This document shows, one piece after another, positions 54,901-63,788 of a DNA stretch of 64,000 nucleotides (position 1 is its first letter; every line of letters begins with the position of its first letter). A model generated the notes under the pieces. That model had not been told where the DNA came from. It did no database searches and saw nothing but the letters and a program-made list of their open reading frames with translations. Source of the stretch: a virus; the IMG/VR virus record IMGVR_UViG_3300014050_000003, positions 57,059 to 121,058 of that record. One strand, 5' to 3'. Made by a program: the position numbers and the translations under genes.

Positions 54901-57836
54901 GCTAATTCAAATCTATGATTTCCATCTTTTACTTCAGAATATAATTCTGGATATTGTTTAATTAATATCGGTTGTTTTTTTAAAAATTCATAAAGTTTTT
55001 TCTTATTTTCTTTAGAAGAAAAAAGTTTAGTTAAATTTTCTTTAGTTATAGGTCCAGAATAAGGAATTCCCATTAAAGACATTAAGCTTGATAAACCTTG
55101 AGCAGTTGATTTATTTGATCTTCCAATAAAGCCTCCCCTTTCAATATGTTTATTTGGATTAAATACAGCGAAATTAGGAATAAATCCATCATGAGCAAGA
55201 TCCTGTTCTCTAAATGTTATCGGTTTCGAATCTCCTTTTGATTTTATAACTCCATATGGTAGTTTTACTATTTTTTCATTTTTTTCGACAGCTTTAATTA
55301 AAGCTTGTTTTAATGCTGGAGTATTTTTTATTTTGCCTCTTATACTCTCAAGCGTATCTCTACTACCAGCATTTAATTTAGCGTCAAGATAAGGAAGTAC
55401 TTGCATAGCGGCTAATTGTCCACCAAATAAGGATTGATTTACTTGATCATTAACAAAATTAGTTCCATTATAATCCCAAGTGCCACTCCCACCGCCCTTC
55501 TTTTTATTTAAATCTAATTTAATAGCTGCATTTATAGAAGATTCAAATAGTCTTCCCATAATTTGAGGATAGGCAGAAGTATCAGCCTGTAATTGTTTAA
55601 CGATTGTATCTGCAGAAGGTAATTTTTTTGTATTTGGTTTAATTAATGTTACGGCAATTCTTTGAATTGCTTTTGCTAATTCTCTACCTGCTATTTCATC
55701 GAAATCACTATTGCCTATATTTAATATAGAAAAATCTTGTCCTATTGCTTGAATTATTTTTTTACCTCTTTTATTTTCTGATTCTGGTTTTTTTCTACTT
55801 TCTTGCAATTGAGAATAATAAAGTCTTTGCTCTTCATTGGGTTGAAATTTTTTTCCTAAAGGCAAATTAATACTACCTCCTCTAGCTAATGTTGCAATTT
55901 GTGCACCTTTTAAATTTGTCATAGCTCCTGCTGGAGGAATTAAATTAGCAAAATTAGGAACATAACCGCTCCATGCATAGGGATTAAATCCGTGAGCTTT
56001 TTCAAAACTTTGTTTATAATTTTTTCCAGCTTGACTACCTTGAGGAGGCATAATAGCTGGTTGATTAAATCCATTAAATTTTTTTACTTTTTCTGCGCTA
56101 TTATAAGTTACCATTCCATAATTAGGAATAAAAGTTTGTTTTACTTTTCCTGGCATATAACCACCAGCCAATGCTCCTGCGATTTCTTGACTAGCGCTAA
56201 AATTTGGAATAAATCCAGCTGATTTAGTTGGAATTCCTCTCATTGGTCCAGTTTGAGAAACTCTAACTCCAGAAGAAATCAAACTTTTTGATAAAGCATT
56301 TGCAACCGCAACTTGTCTTTGCATAGCAGCAGTTTCTTGTTCAATTAAAGTTAAAATTTGTTTATGTAAACTTGCAGTATTTATATTTCCACTATTAATT
56401 TGTTCAATAATTTGAGGATTTCTACCAATTAAATTTAAAATTTGTGTTTGTAGCGCCTGTTGTTCTGCGGCTTTAGCATTTAGACCTGTTAAACTTTTGA
56501 ATGCGTCTGCGGAGAATGTTACTAATCTTTCAAAAATTTTAAATAAAGCTGAAGCTGCTAATAATACTCCAGGGCCTCCTAAAAAAGTTCCTATTCCTTT
56601 TAAAAGACCTTGACCAATTCTTGATCCAATATCTTCACTTTCTGGTTGAAAACTTTCTAAAGCAGTATTTAATCCACCTAATAAATTTTTAAGAGTTGGA
56701 GCAATTGCTATATTACCTGCTTGAGCTGCTAATTTTTGTAAATTTGCTAAAGTTTTATTAATTGTTGCACTTAATGTTTGATTTAATTCTTCATTTCTAG
56801 TATTAGCTTCATTTGTTGCGCCATTAGAAGTTTCTAAAGCTCTAGAATATATAGAGTATTGATTTCCTAAATCTGCTAAAGAAGCTTTTAATACGTTAAT
56901 TTGGAATACGCCTCCAACTAATTCTGCGACTTGAGCTCTTTGTGTTCCAGATAATTTACTATATGTACTAGATAAACTATTTAGAATAGTAATTAATGGT
57001 AAAATATTACCTTGCTGATCTTTTGTAGCAACACCGATTGCTTCTAATGCATCTAAAGTATCAGTTCTTTGTAGTCTTGTAAAAATTGTTTTAAATGAGT
57101 TACCAATTACGGCTCCGCCTCTAGCTGTAGTTTGCTGAGCAGAAGTAACTAACGCAATAAGTTGATCTAAACTTACTCCTGCGTCTTGCGCTGAACTACC
57201 AACTCTTCTTACTGCTTCCGCTAAGTCTGCGGAACTTACCGCAAATCCAGCGTCAACAGCTGCTAATTTATTTATTAATTCATTTGATGTTATACTAGTT
57301 TTATTAAATGAATTTAACGCAGCAGTAATAGATTCAACGCTATCGACAACTCCCATTCCAGTTAATCTAGTTAAAACTAATGCATCGCTAGTTCTTTTTA
57401 GAGTATCTTCTATACCTAAGCCTTGTCTAGAAAATTCTGTTGCAGCTGAAGCAACTTCAGAAAAACTTTGTCCAGTATTTTTAGCTATATCAAATAAACT
57501 ATTGCCAAAAGAAGCTAAACTTTTTGAACTAGCATTTAATATAACATTAATGTCTGTAAGAGATTTTTCAACATCTATGACGCTTTTAATTGTTTCCGAA
57601 AAAGCTTTTTGTACAGCAAAAATTGCACCTGCTGAAGCACCGAATGCAATAACACGAGCATTAGATGCAGCTAATGATTTTTCAAATTCGCCTAATTGAC
57701 CATTAATTTTACCTAATGGTTGAGAAAATCCTTTACTATTTAAAACTAAAGCAGTATTAGCGACTTTTTCAATCTGCTTTTCTAGGGGCCTAGTATTCCC
57801 CAGTACATCAATAATGATATTATCACCTTGCGCCAT
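51999..57836 (-). CDS. Tail tape measure protein with an internal multi-domain cassette
   Basis: N-terminal TP901-type core (LFDIAKNTGQSFSEVASAATEFSRQGLG...GNSFKTIFTRL), hydrophobic segments, long coiled-coil C-terminus, five G[FY][IV]PNF repeats. Confidence 0.92.
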   Translation of the reverse strand: MAQGDNIIIDVLGNTRPLEKQIEKVANTALVLNSKGFSQPLGKINGQLGEFEKSLAASNARVIAFGASAGAIFAVQKAFSETIKSVIDVEKSLTDINVILNASSKSLASFGNSLFDIAKNTGQSFSEVASAATEFSRQGLGIEDTLKRTSDALVLTRLTGMGVVDSVESITAALNSFNKTSITSNELINKLAAVDAGFAVSSADLAEAVRRVGSSAQDAGVSLDQLIALVTSAQQTTARGGAVIGNSFKTIFTRLQRTDTLDALEAIGVATKDQQGNILPLITILNSLSSTYSKLSGTQRAQVAELVGGVFQINVLKASLADLGNQYSIYSRALETSNGATNEANTRNEELNQTLSATINKTLANLQKLAAQAGNIAIAPTLKNLLGGLNTALESFQPESEDIGSRIGQGLLKGIGTFLGGPGVLLAASALFKIFERLVTFSADAFKSLTGLNAKAAEQQALQTQILNLIGRNPQIIEQINSGNINTASLHKQILTLIEQETAAMQRQVAVANALSKSLISSGVRVSQTGPMRGIPTKSAGFIPNFSASQEIAGALAGGYMPGKVKQTFIPNYGMVTYNSAEKVKKFNGFNQPAIMPPQGSQAGKNYKQSFEKAHGFNPYAWSGYVPNFANLIPPAGAMTNLKGAQIATLARGGSINLPLGKKFQPNEEQRLYYSQLQESRKKPESENKRGKKIIQAIGQDFSILNIGNSDFDEIAGRELAKAIQRIAVTLIKPNTKKLPSADTIVKQLQADTSAYPQIMGRLFESSINAAIKLDLNKKKGGGSGTWDYNGTNFVNDQVNQSLFGGQLAAMQVLPYLDAKLNAGSRDTLESIRGKIKNTPALKQALIKAVEKNEKIVKLPYGVIKSKGDSKPITFREQDLAHDGFIPNFAVFNPNKHIERGGFIGRSNKSTAQGLSSLMSLMGIPYSGPITKENLTKLFSSKENKKKLYEFLKKQPILIKQYPELYSEVKDGNHRFELAQLAGIKNIPAQYSAKGFIPNFSGLKEAIGREISSGVPASSIRIGASSDLASNSNPLGLGVYNTKDEPNGLNQGINRYGSRSAARKAGAYGGYIPNFAAAAAVSPLKYMNAQGIYVPLATMAQQANTLIAKMSALGTSISKVKVIFDDNALPQSVQKYKGGLIQASIGLSLASGLLQEATKNSPKLSAAIEGFSSTLTLAGTAAQVIPGKFGILSAEVLAITGTFGTIGNLLKEKSTKLAEKAEESGQTLTDFGNSSQKYADILQKLEEAHKDPKTSPDTIGKLNQDLVNAAQQIPEAYRKQLVSITNYTDLLDQMSKIQSDLANEESYYKGAAGFEDILNKRTGNEFARFFESLSFKPLTNPRESIGGGITGSPLSFGEQERYAKVFAQKGFESSDAKEKLKQMLSTGGMDLFKTAKNASYSEKDLKSLGFRQDAIESIRRLSEQGGPKGEQAAQQLIQSILTKLLEEVIGGEEAKKLADERAKEVELINKDNAEKQRTLDLEKARQDALDNFYQRLIQIGDIQQEYKDKLAFNTEDIQLQRASGLLEYNRSSMGPQSAREYQNLIETAKQQLEFAQKYKDQETKARSDVLQEGYKTFLDLKKENVPGQTPKVDVQKLNQFQTVLGQLATSGKSADQIGQEITNSFNQFFGGTAYGSKAIDLQTQANNILADNQRALLDLNAQQIKQTELTRINNQIQAASIQKQKDIRSFGGLESYINPQSNSTIDSLITNIQGLRTPVGGRASAGTLLDTVKMFGGSLEGMNLGSLKERAISGRAKDIEFQTSAIARLLRSQGEYGLAGEYNKIGARSGEIARTQVEEAIQSQRAILDISKNVASINANFSAFSNGLTRPNQTSGLPNQPGVNFQNTSQALNNLTAGMSQIEIKNTDLSLKGNIGVEINQSNGPIEFTVNSESIDNIKENITKEIENSLSTLKTDLENQIKDLTSSFNERIVSVGGQRLPPTKK
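54612..56216 (-). repeat. Five dispersed G[FY][IV]PNF peptide repeats in the tape measure
   Basis: GFIPNF 56199-56216, GYVPNF 55950-55967, GFIPNF 55170-55187, GFIPNF 54837-54854, GYIPNF 54612-54629. Confidence 0.9.
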
Positions 57837-57854
57837 AGTAATCCTCTAATAGAA

Positions 57855-57860
57855 TTACAC
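57855..57860 (-). promoter_or_regulatory. GTGTAA late-type motif upstream of the tape measure gene
   Basis: Minus strand AAGTGTAATTCTATTAGAGGATTACT-ATG. Confidence 0.55.
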
Positions 57861-57878
57861 TTAAATTTTAATATTATA

Positions 57879-58883
57879 TTATTTAACGCCGTGTATTTTT
57901 AGTATTTCTTCAAAAGAGAGATTTCCACCCTTTTTATCTGCTTCTTTAACTAAATCAATAACTTCATCTTTTGAATCTAACATGCCTTTAAGCTCTTCTT
58001 TTGTTGCTCCAATATAAGTTTTACCTAAAAATTCTTTTCCAGAGTCTTTTTCTTTTTCTTTAGTTACTAAAGACCTATTTTCATACCATTCGACTAATTC
58101 ATCCAAAGAATTAATAGAAGATGGCGGAGAATCTCCTGTTCTTTCTAAATTATATTTATATCCTCTAGCTAATGTAAAAAGATTAATCTGATTATAAGTT
58201 AATTTAGACAAAGGTTTACCAAAAAATGTATAAGGATTATTTTCTGATAAGAAAAACATATTCATAAAAAAACTTGATACAGCTGTTTTTTTAAGATTTT
58301 TAACAGAAAATAAACTATTAAAATTTTGATATAAACTTGCGTATTTGATTAAATCTTCTACTTCTAAATTAAAAAAATCATCTTCTGAATCAAAATATTT
58401 ATCAAAATTTTCATTTTTACAAAATGTTAAGTATATAAGATATTCATTTGATTTTCTTGTAGAGTATTCTTCTGCAGTTATTCCTAAAAGTTCGACTCGA
58501 TCTTTTTCTATAGAAAGAAGCTCTTCTTCTAAAACTTTTATTTTATTATCTATTTCTTTCTGCTGAGATGCAATAATTAATTTTTTCTTGGTATCTATAT
58601 TAAGATTAATTTCATCTCTAATTTTAATTCTTCTATTTTCTTTTTCTTTTGACCAAATATTTTTTTCGTGCAATAAATCTAATTTGTCTTTTTCTTCTAA
58701 GATTCCCATGCTTTTTGATTTATCAAAAAATTCAATATACTTTTCATAAACATTAGCCAAATCGACTTCTGTTACGTGTTTTAAATAAAATATTTTATCT
58801 TCTAATTTATATATAGAATATTCGTTAATTATATCTTTATAAAGTTTTTTAACAAAATTGATATCTTTAAGTATTTCATTCAC
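57879..58883 (-). CDS. Hypothetical protein, probable tail assembly chaperone
   Basis: Helical, charged protein directly upstream of the tape measure. Confidence 0.5.
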   Translation of the reverse strand: MNEILKDINFVKKLYKDIINEYSIYKLEDKIFYLKHVTEVDLANVYEKYIEFFDKSKSMGILEEKDKLDLLHEKNIWSKEKENRRIKIRDEINLNIDTKKKLIIASQQKEIDNKIKVLEEELLSIEKDRVELLGITAEEYSTRKSNEYLIYLTFCKNENFDKYFDSEDDFFNLEVEDLIKYASLYQNFNSLFSVKNLKKTAVSSFFMNMFFLSENNPYTFFGKPLSKLTYNQINLFTLARGYKYNLERTGDSPPSSINSLDELVEWYENRSLVTKEKEKDSGKEFLGKTYIGATKEELKGMLDSKDEVIDLVKEADKKGGNLSFEEILKIHGVK

Positions 58884-58885
58884 TT

Positions 58886-59638
58886 TTATGAATCAAAAAA
58901 TTCTTCTAAAGATTTAAATTCTTCTTCTGTTGAGGCTTTACCCATATACCATAAACTAATAAAATAAGCTAATTTTCTAATACCACCACTTAGCACATCA
59001 TCTCCTTGATCTTCAATTAAATCATAAGCTGTTAATTTATTTTCAAATGTTAAACCTTTAAATATTGGAGAAAATGTTATTTTATTATCATAAGAAACAT
59101 ATGATAAATTAAGAACCCACCATAATATAACTTGGTTTCTTGCTCTATTTTCTGCTGTTTGATCAAATACGCTTGATTGTTGTAATTCTAAATTAGCTAG
59201 ATCTTTTTTAATGTTAAGTATTTCATTTAACAAATCTTTCATTTTTGCTTCTTGTTCTTCTTTTTCAAGTTTAGTTAAATTGGCTTGAAGTTTTTCTAAT
59301 TCGGTTTGCTTTACATATAACGTAACATATAGAGTTGCATATCTTTGTTTTTCAGATTCACTTAAAGCTCCGCCGTCATCTTGATATCTTTTAGCTATCA
59401 ATGATTTAGTAAGTAACCCAAGCCTAATTCCTTCTGACACTTTAACGCCATAAAAAAGTTCCGCCTCTTCAAAAGTTTTTCTATCTGGACGAAGAATTCT
59501 AAAATAAACTGGAGATTTTTCTTTAACTTTTTTAAGTATTTTTACTTCTTCGCCTTTATCATTTTTTGAAATTTCTGGAACTTCTTTTTCTGTTTCATTT
59601 TCTATTGAGAATTCGTAAATATATTTATCTGTTTTCAT
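58886..59638 (-). CDS. Hypothetical protein, probable tail assembly chaperone
   Basis: Coiled-coil protein between tube and tape measure; shares a G[IL]L...coiled coil...TAE layout with the downstream gene. Confidence 0.5.
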   Translation of the reverse strand: MKTDKYIYEFSIENETEKEVPEISKNDKGEEVKILKKVKEKSPVYFRILRPDRKTFEEAELFYGVKVSEGIRLGLLTKSLIAKRYQDDGGALSESEKQRYATLYVTLYVKQTELEKLQANLTKLEKEEQEAKMKDLLNEILNIKKDLANLELQQSSVFDQTAENRARNQVILWWVLNLSYVSYDNKITFSPIFKGLTFENKLTAYDLIEDQGDDVLSGGIRKLAYFISLWYMGKASTEEEFKSLEEFFDS

Positions 59639-59894
59639 TTAATGTTCCTATCTTGGATTCAATAAATCCTTTGGTTCTTTTAAAGTTTGCTTTACCACCA
59701 ATTTTTACAATAAAATCATTTCTTTTTTCTTCATTCCAACTCATGTATTTATTAATTACTTTTGGACTAGAAATATCTTCTATCTTTAAAGAATTGAAAC
59801 CAAATTTAAATTTTAATTCTCTTTGTGTGGTTTGTAGATCAAGATTAGCAGAAATAATAGCTTCTGGCGTAAAATTAAAATATTTTGTTTTCAT
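59625..59894 (-). CDS. Hypothetical protein
   Basis: 89-aa ORF overlapping both neighbours. Confidence 0.65.
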   Translation of the reverse strand: MKTKYFNFTPEAIISANLDLQTTQRELKFKFGFNSLKIEDISSPKVINKYMSWNEEKRNDFIVKIGGKANFKRTKGFIESKIGTLNENR

Positions 59895-60178
59895 TTTTTT
59901 ATTTCTATATTAAGAAAGTCAAAGTTTTTTTCAATCTCACGAATAGTTTCATTCCCAAGATCAAGTATTTTCTTTCTTAAATAATTATATTTATTATCAT
60001 CAAAATAATCAACATTTTTTAACGTCTGTAAATCTACTTCTTTATTTAATTTATTTAACATATTAGTATGATCTTCTTGGATGTCTTCTATTAAATTAAG
60101 ATATCTTTTATATAAATTAACAACATTTCGATGTATTTGAAACATCAAATACTCTTTGAGATCTGCTTTATTTTGCAT
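59891..60178 (-). CDS. Hypothetical protein
   Basis: 95-aa ORF with an AAGG-rich leader. Confidence 0.7.
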   Translation of the reverse strand: MQNKADLKEYLMFQIHRNVVNLYKRYLNLIEDIQEDHTNMLNKLNKEVDLQTLKNVDYFDDNKYNYLRKKILDLGNETIREIEKNFDFLNIEIKK

Positions 60179-60218
60179 AAATCCTTTATCCTTTATTAAA
60201 CCTTGTGCCTATATACCT

Positions 60219-60224
60219 TTACAC
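60219..60224 (-). promoter_or_regulatory. GTGTAA late-type motif directly after the terminator
   Basis: Minus strand ...GGGTTTTTTAGTGTAAAGG... Confidence 0.55.
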
Positions 60225-60225
60225 T

Positions 60226-60250
60226 AAAAAACCCGCCGAAGCGGGTTTTC
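60226..60250 (-). terminator. Rho-independent terminator after the tail tube gene
   Basis: Minus strand AAAACCCGC-TTCG-GCGGG-TTTTTT (cUUCGg loop plus U-tract). Confidence 0.9.
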
Positions 60251-60274
60251 TAGGTTCATTATATTTTTTAAATA

Positions 60275-61324
60275 TTAACTATTAGCGAATATGAACAATC
60301 CGTGGTTAGTATCGCTTGGACCTCCGATTTGGGTGCTCCAATTGATTGTTACAGATTTATTATCGCCAATGCTACTTGAGAAGTCTTGTGAATCTAATTT
60401 TGCTCCTCTAACTACATAACTTACAGCTTCTGTATCAGAATTTGGTTTATTGATTTTAACTTGTAAATCATATTTAGCAGAATCATTATTAATAACGTCT
60501 GCCAAATTTGCAGCTTCAATATCACCCATGATAGCATCAACGCTCATTGTTACTGTAACTGGGAACTTGATTTCTCTTGTAAAGGCAAATCTGCTTCCTA
60601 GTTTTTGAATTGGATCTCTACCAAGATCAAATTTAATTGAAGCTTTTTGAATTTTTAAATCAGAAGCTACAACTCCAGTTGAACCAGCAATTGTTAGATC
60701 TACGTCTCCTGGGCGAAGAGCAGAGTATCCATCACCAGTAACTGGTGTTGGAATTGTAAATGTACCAACTACAGAAGAACCATCTTCTGGATTAATAGTT
60801 GGAAGAGTTTGACTATCAGTATTAGCATAAAATCTCATGTTCATTCCTTCACCATTGACTGAAACAGTTGGAATATTTCCTACTGAGGCTTCCATGCTGT
60901 AAGATGATAAGAATCCATTTCCAATACCGATAACTTTTCCACCAGATTTACCATCGATATTTGCGTCTTTACCTTCACCAACTGTTAGAATATAATAATT
61001 ATTGGTATCTTTTCCGCCAGTCAAAATTTGTGATAAAGCTGGAGTTCCAGTTGTAAGACTGCCAATGCCAGTTGCTACTGAAAATCCTAAATTTTTTTCG
61101 TTTTCTCCAGAATTTAAATAGTAAGAAAAATCAAAATTAACTGTTGGTTGTTCTAGGATAATACGATCAATAGCGGCCAATTGACCATATTGATTAACGT
61201 CTTGTCTTGTGACTTCAAAACTATAATTTGCACTTTGTACACGGTTTAATTGTTTTGGAGTAGCATCTCCAGTTCCACCTACAAAAAGTGCTTCACTTTG
61301 ATAAATTACTCTTTTTCTTGCCAT
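60275..61324 (-). CDS. Major tail tube protein
   Basis: MARKRVIYQSEALFVG...RVQSANYSF...DVNQYGQLA; two-repeat beta architecture; AGGAG SD; followed by a strong terminator; canonical position. Confidence 0.75.
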   Translation of the reverse strand: MARKRVIYQSEALFVGGTGDATPKQLNRVQSANYSFEVTRQDVNQYGQLAAIDRIILEQPTVNFDFSYYLNSGENEKNLGFSVATGIGSLTTGTPALSQILTGGKDTNNYYILTVGEGKDANIDGKSGGKVIGIGNGFLSSYSMEASVGNIPTVSVNGEGMNMRFYANTDSQTLPTINPEDGSSVVGTFTIPTPVTGDGYSALRPGDVDLTIAGSTGVVASDLKIQKASIKFDLGRDPIQKLGSRFAFTREIKFPVTVTMSVDAIMGDIEAANLADVINNDSAKYDLQVKINKPNSDTEAVSYVVRGAKLDSQDFSSSIGDNKSVTINWSTQIGGPSDTNHGLFIFANS

Positions 61325-61392
61325 ATTATTATTCTCCTATTTTAAATCTGTAACTATTATTACAGTAATAAAAAAAGAATGAGAAACTAATT

Positions 61393-62229
61393 TTATCCTC
61401 TAGGATATCTGATATTATTAAGAGTAAAATCAATAAAAGCTGGAAATACTTGGTTATTTCTTGCATTTAAATTAGCGAATATTTTGCTAACATTTACTTC
61501 TGAAATATAGAACCCATTAACTCCAACATCAATATTTTGGGTTAAACTATCATAGTTATAATAACCATTCTCTAATCCACCAAAATTATTAAATGGACTA
61601 TTAATTAATGGTACATAGTCTCTAGCTGTGTCTTTTAATATACTGCAAAGTGCATCTAAATTAAACATATTATCTGCCATAACTACTGCTCTAACCAATA
61701 TTTGAGTATTATCTTGACCACCAAAAGCAAATGGTTGATTAATACCTCCATTATTTTTAAGGAATATACATGGATAAGTTATAGCTTCTATAGCTAAACC
61801 AGTAGGAGTCTGAGTGGTTTTAGGTCTTGCTTGATATTGACTTTCAAATAAAATCTCTTCTTCTGGTTGATTTGTTAAATATAAATTAAAATCCTTAACT
61901 GCATAATTGCCACTAATAGAATTGGTATTTTGGCTAGAAGTAAAATAAACTTGACCATTTTGAGGACTTATACCAGTTAAATTACTTTGACCTATACTTT
62001 TAAAACTATTATTAACATAAACTCCAGAAAGTATATTAGCGCCACTGATAGAACTATCACAAACTACTTGTTTAAAAGGTAATCCATAAGTATAAAATCC
62101 ATTATAAATATTTGTAATTGGATAAAATTGACTAGAGAAATTTTTATATGCTTCTCCTTTTTTCAAGATCACATGATCCATCCACATAAGCATACTTGAC
62201 ATTAAAAGATTATCTAATTGTACTTTCAT
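61393..62229 (-). CDS. Putative tail terminator/neck protein
   Basis: Just upstream of the tube gene; YPCIFL...PFAFGG motif. Confidence 0.55.
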   Translation of the reverse strand: MKVQLDNLLMSSMLMWMDHVILKKGEAYKNFSSQFYPITNIYNGFYTYGLPFKQVVCDSSISGANILSGVYVNNSFKSIGQSNLTGISPQNGQVYFTSSQNTNSISGNYAVKDFNLYLTNQPEEEILFESQYQARPKTTQTPTGLAIEAITYPCIFLKNNGGINQPFAFGGQDNTQILVRAVVMADNMFNLDALCSILKDTARDYVPLINSPFNNFGGLENGYYNYDSLTQNIDVGVNGFYISEVNVSKIFANLNARNNQVFPAFIDFTLNNIRYPRG

Positions 62230-62798
62230 TTAATTTTTTCTATATTTTTAACAAAATTATTTATCATACCAGATATATATTTTGTTGTTCTAAAGGTATT
62301 ACTTCTAATTTTATTTTTGCTTTGTAAACCTTCTTTTGATCTTCCTTCAATAAATCTTTTATACATATAACTACTAAATCCAGATATACCTCTCTCAATC
62401 CCGATAGCCCAACTATTTCCATTTTCCCAAGGCATACGAGTTACATTTTTTATTTTATTTAAATTTGGATATTCAATTTCAAAACGTATAGAATTTGAAC
62501 TTTTTTTCCTAGATAATTTGAAACTATTTTTAATTAAATCTCTTAGTTCCTCTATAGGATTATCTGTACTATTAAAACCAATAAAGCTAAATAAATTTCC
62601 TATTCCGCCTAAAGTATTTGAAACGTTTGGAGCAGTAGGTCCAGCTTCGATTTCTTTTGTTACTGGATTTGAATTGAATTCATTTAAAAACATTTCTTGA
62701 GCTTTATCAAATTTATTAGCAACAACATTAACAGCGTTTTTTTCAAATTTTTTATTATTCGCTAATGCTTTATCAAAATTTATATTAACCCTTTTCAT
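62226..62798 (-). CDS. Putative neck/tail-completion protein
   Basis: Basic protein in the head-tail region (PVTKEIEAGP, NLFSFIGF, SWAIGIERGISG). Confidence 0.5.
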   Translation of the reverse strand: MKRVNINFDKALANNKKFEKNAVNVVANKFDKAQEMFLNEFNSNPVTKEIEAGPTAPNVSNTLGGIGNLFSFIGFNSTDNPIEELRDLIKNSFKLSRKKSSNSIRFEIEYPNLNKIKNVTRMPWENGNSWAIGIERGISGFSSYMYKRFIEGRSKEGLQSKNKIRSNTFRTTKYISGMINNFVKNIEKIK

Positions 62799-63241
62799 TA
62801 GCTTGTCTCTCTTAAATAGTACATATAATATGTTGCATTTTGATAATGTTTTGTTATGCTAGTACTATAAATATTAAATGTTTTGCCATCAAATGTTATT
62901 TTTTCTGTTCTGTCTGCGCTAATATAATCTTTTGCGTCTTGTTTAACGTAAATTTGCACAAGTTGATCTATAAATTTAATTTTAATTTCTGGATTTTCTT
63001 CTAAATTATCAGTTGGGTTATATTTTATTACTGCATCAAAAGTTTGATTTCTTGGAGTATATGTATAATCAACTATATTAGAATTTTCTTCATATCCTAA
63101 TAATTGGTTTGTTGTATTTTGAATTATGTTTTTAATTGGTTCTTTATGAACAACTATTTGTTTTTTAAAAGTTTCAAACCAGGTATCAACAGCGTTTTCA
63201 TACCATGATTGATCAGAGGTACTTAAAAAGCTAGTTGCCAT
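62798..63241 (-). CDS. Putative head-tail adaptor/stopper
   Basis: 147-aa beta-rich ORF with KITFDGKTFNI; canonical position. Confidence 0.5.
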   Translation of the reverse strand: MATSFLSTSDQSWYENAVDTWFETFKKQIVVHKEPIKNIIQNTTNQLLGYEENSNIVDYTYTPRNQTFDAVIKYNPTDNLEENPEIKIKFIDQLVQIYVKQDAKDYISADRTEKITFDGKTFNIYSTSITKHYQNATYYMYYLRETS

Positions 63242-63243
63242 AA

Positions 63244-63780
63244 TTATAAGTTTTCTATATTTCTTATAAATGAATTATATGAATAAGGTCTATCTGCAGC
63301 TGGAATAGTATCGTCTCCAGCGACTTGAAGTGGACGAGCTTCATTTAAGTTATAACCCTTTATAAGAGTTTGTAATTCGTCGTTAATCTGTTTTCTAAAT
63401 TGAGCGTAAGTTTTAGCTAGTTCATTTTTATTAATTTTTCTAGCACTAAATCCATTTTGATTAATCTCTATAACACTATCTGTACTAGCTGCGCCAAGAG
63501 CATTTCTTAATAATCTTTCATAAAAATGAGTAGCAAAAAGCATTTTAAATATACTCTTTTCTACGCTAGTAAATATATCTCCGCTTTCTGGTGCAGACAA
63601 GATTTCTAATGTAGTTTCATCAATATAAAATCTTTTATTAATTGAAATATTAAGGTCGCCAAGATTAGCTCTAAGCCACCAAGCTATAGAAGCGATAGTC
63701 CAATCATTTGGTTCGCCCATTTCGCGATAAAGCTCGTCAGCGACATCAACAATTTTTATAGGAGTATATGAATCAGCCAT
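63244..63780 (-). CDS. Putative head-tail connector protein
   Basis: Helical 178-aa ORF first in the neck cluster; preceded by GTGTAA. Confidence 0.5.
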   Translation of the reverse strand: MADSYTPIKIVDVADELYREMGEPNDWTIASIAWWLRANLGDLNISINKRFYIDETTLEILSAPESGDIFTSVEKSIFKMLFATHFYERLLRNALGAASTDSVIEINQNGFSARKINKNELAKTYAQFRKQINDELQTLIKGYNLNEARPLQVAGDDTIPAADRPYSYNSFIRNIENL

Positions 63781-63788
63781 ATAAGATA

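Noticed and set aside
58880-58905. Possible -1 frameshift (A TTT TTT) joining the two putative tail chaperone genes
   Set aside because: The -1 frame meets TGA immediately after the T run (ATT TTT TGA), before the downstream GTG.
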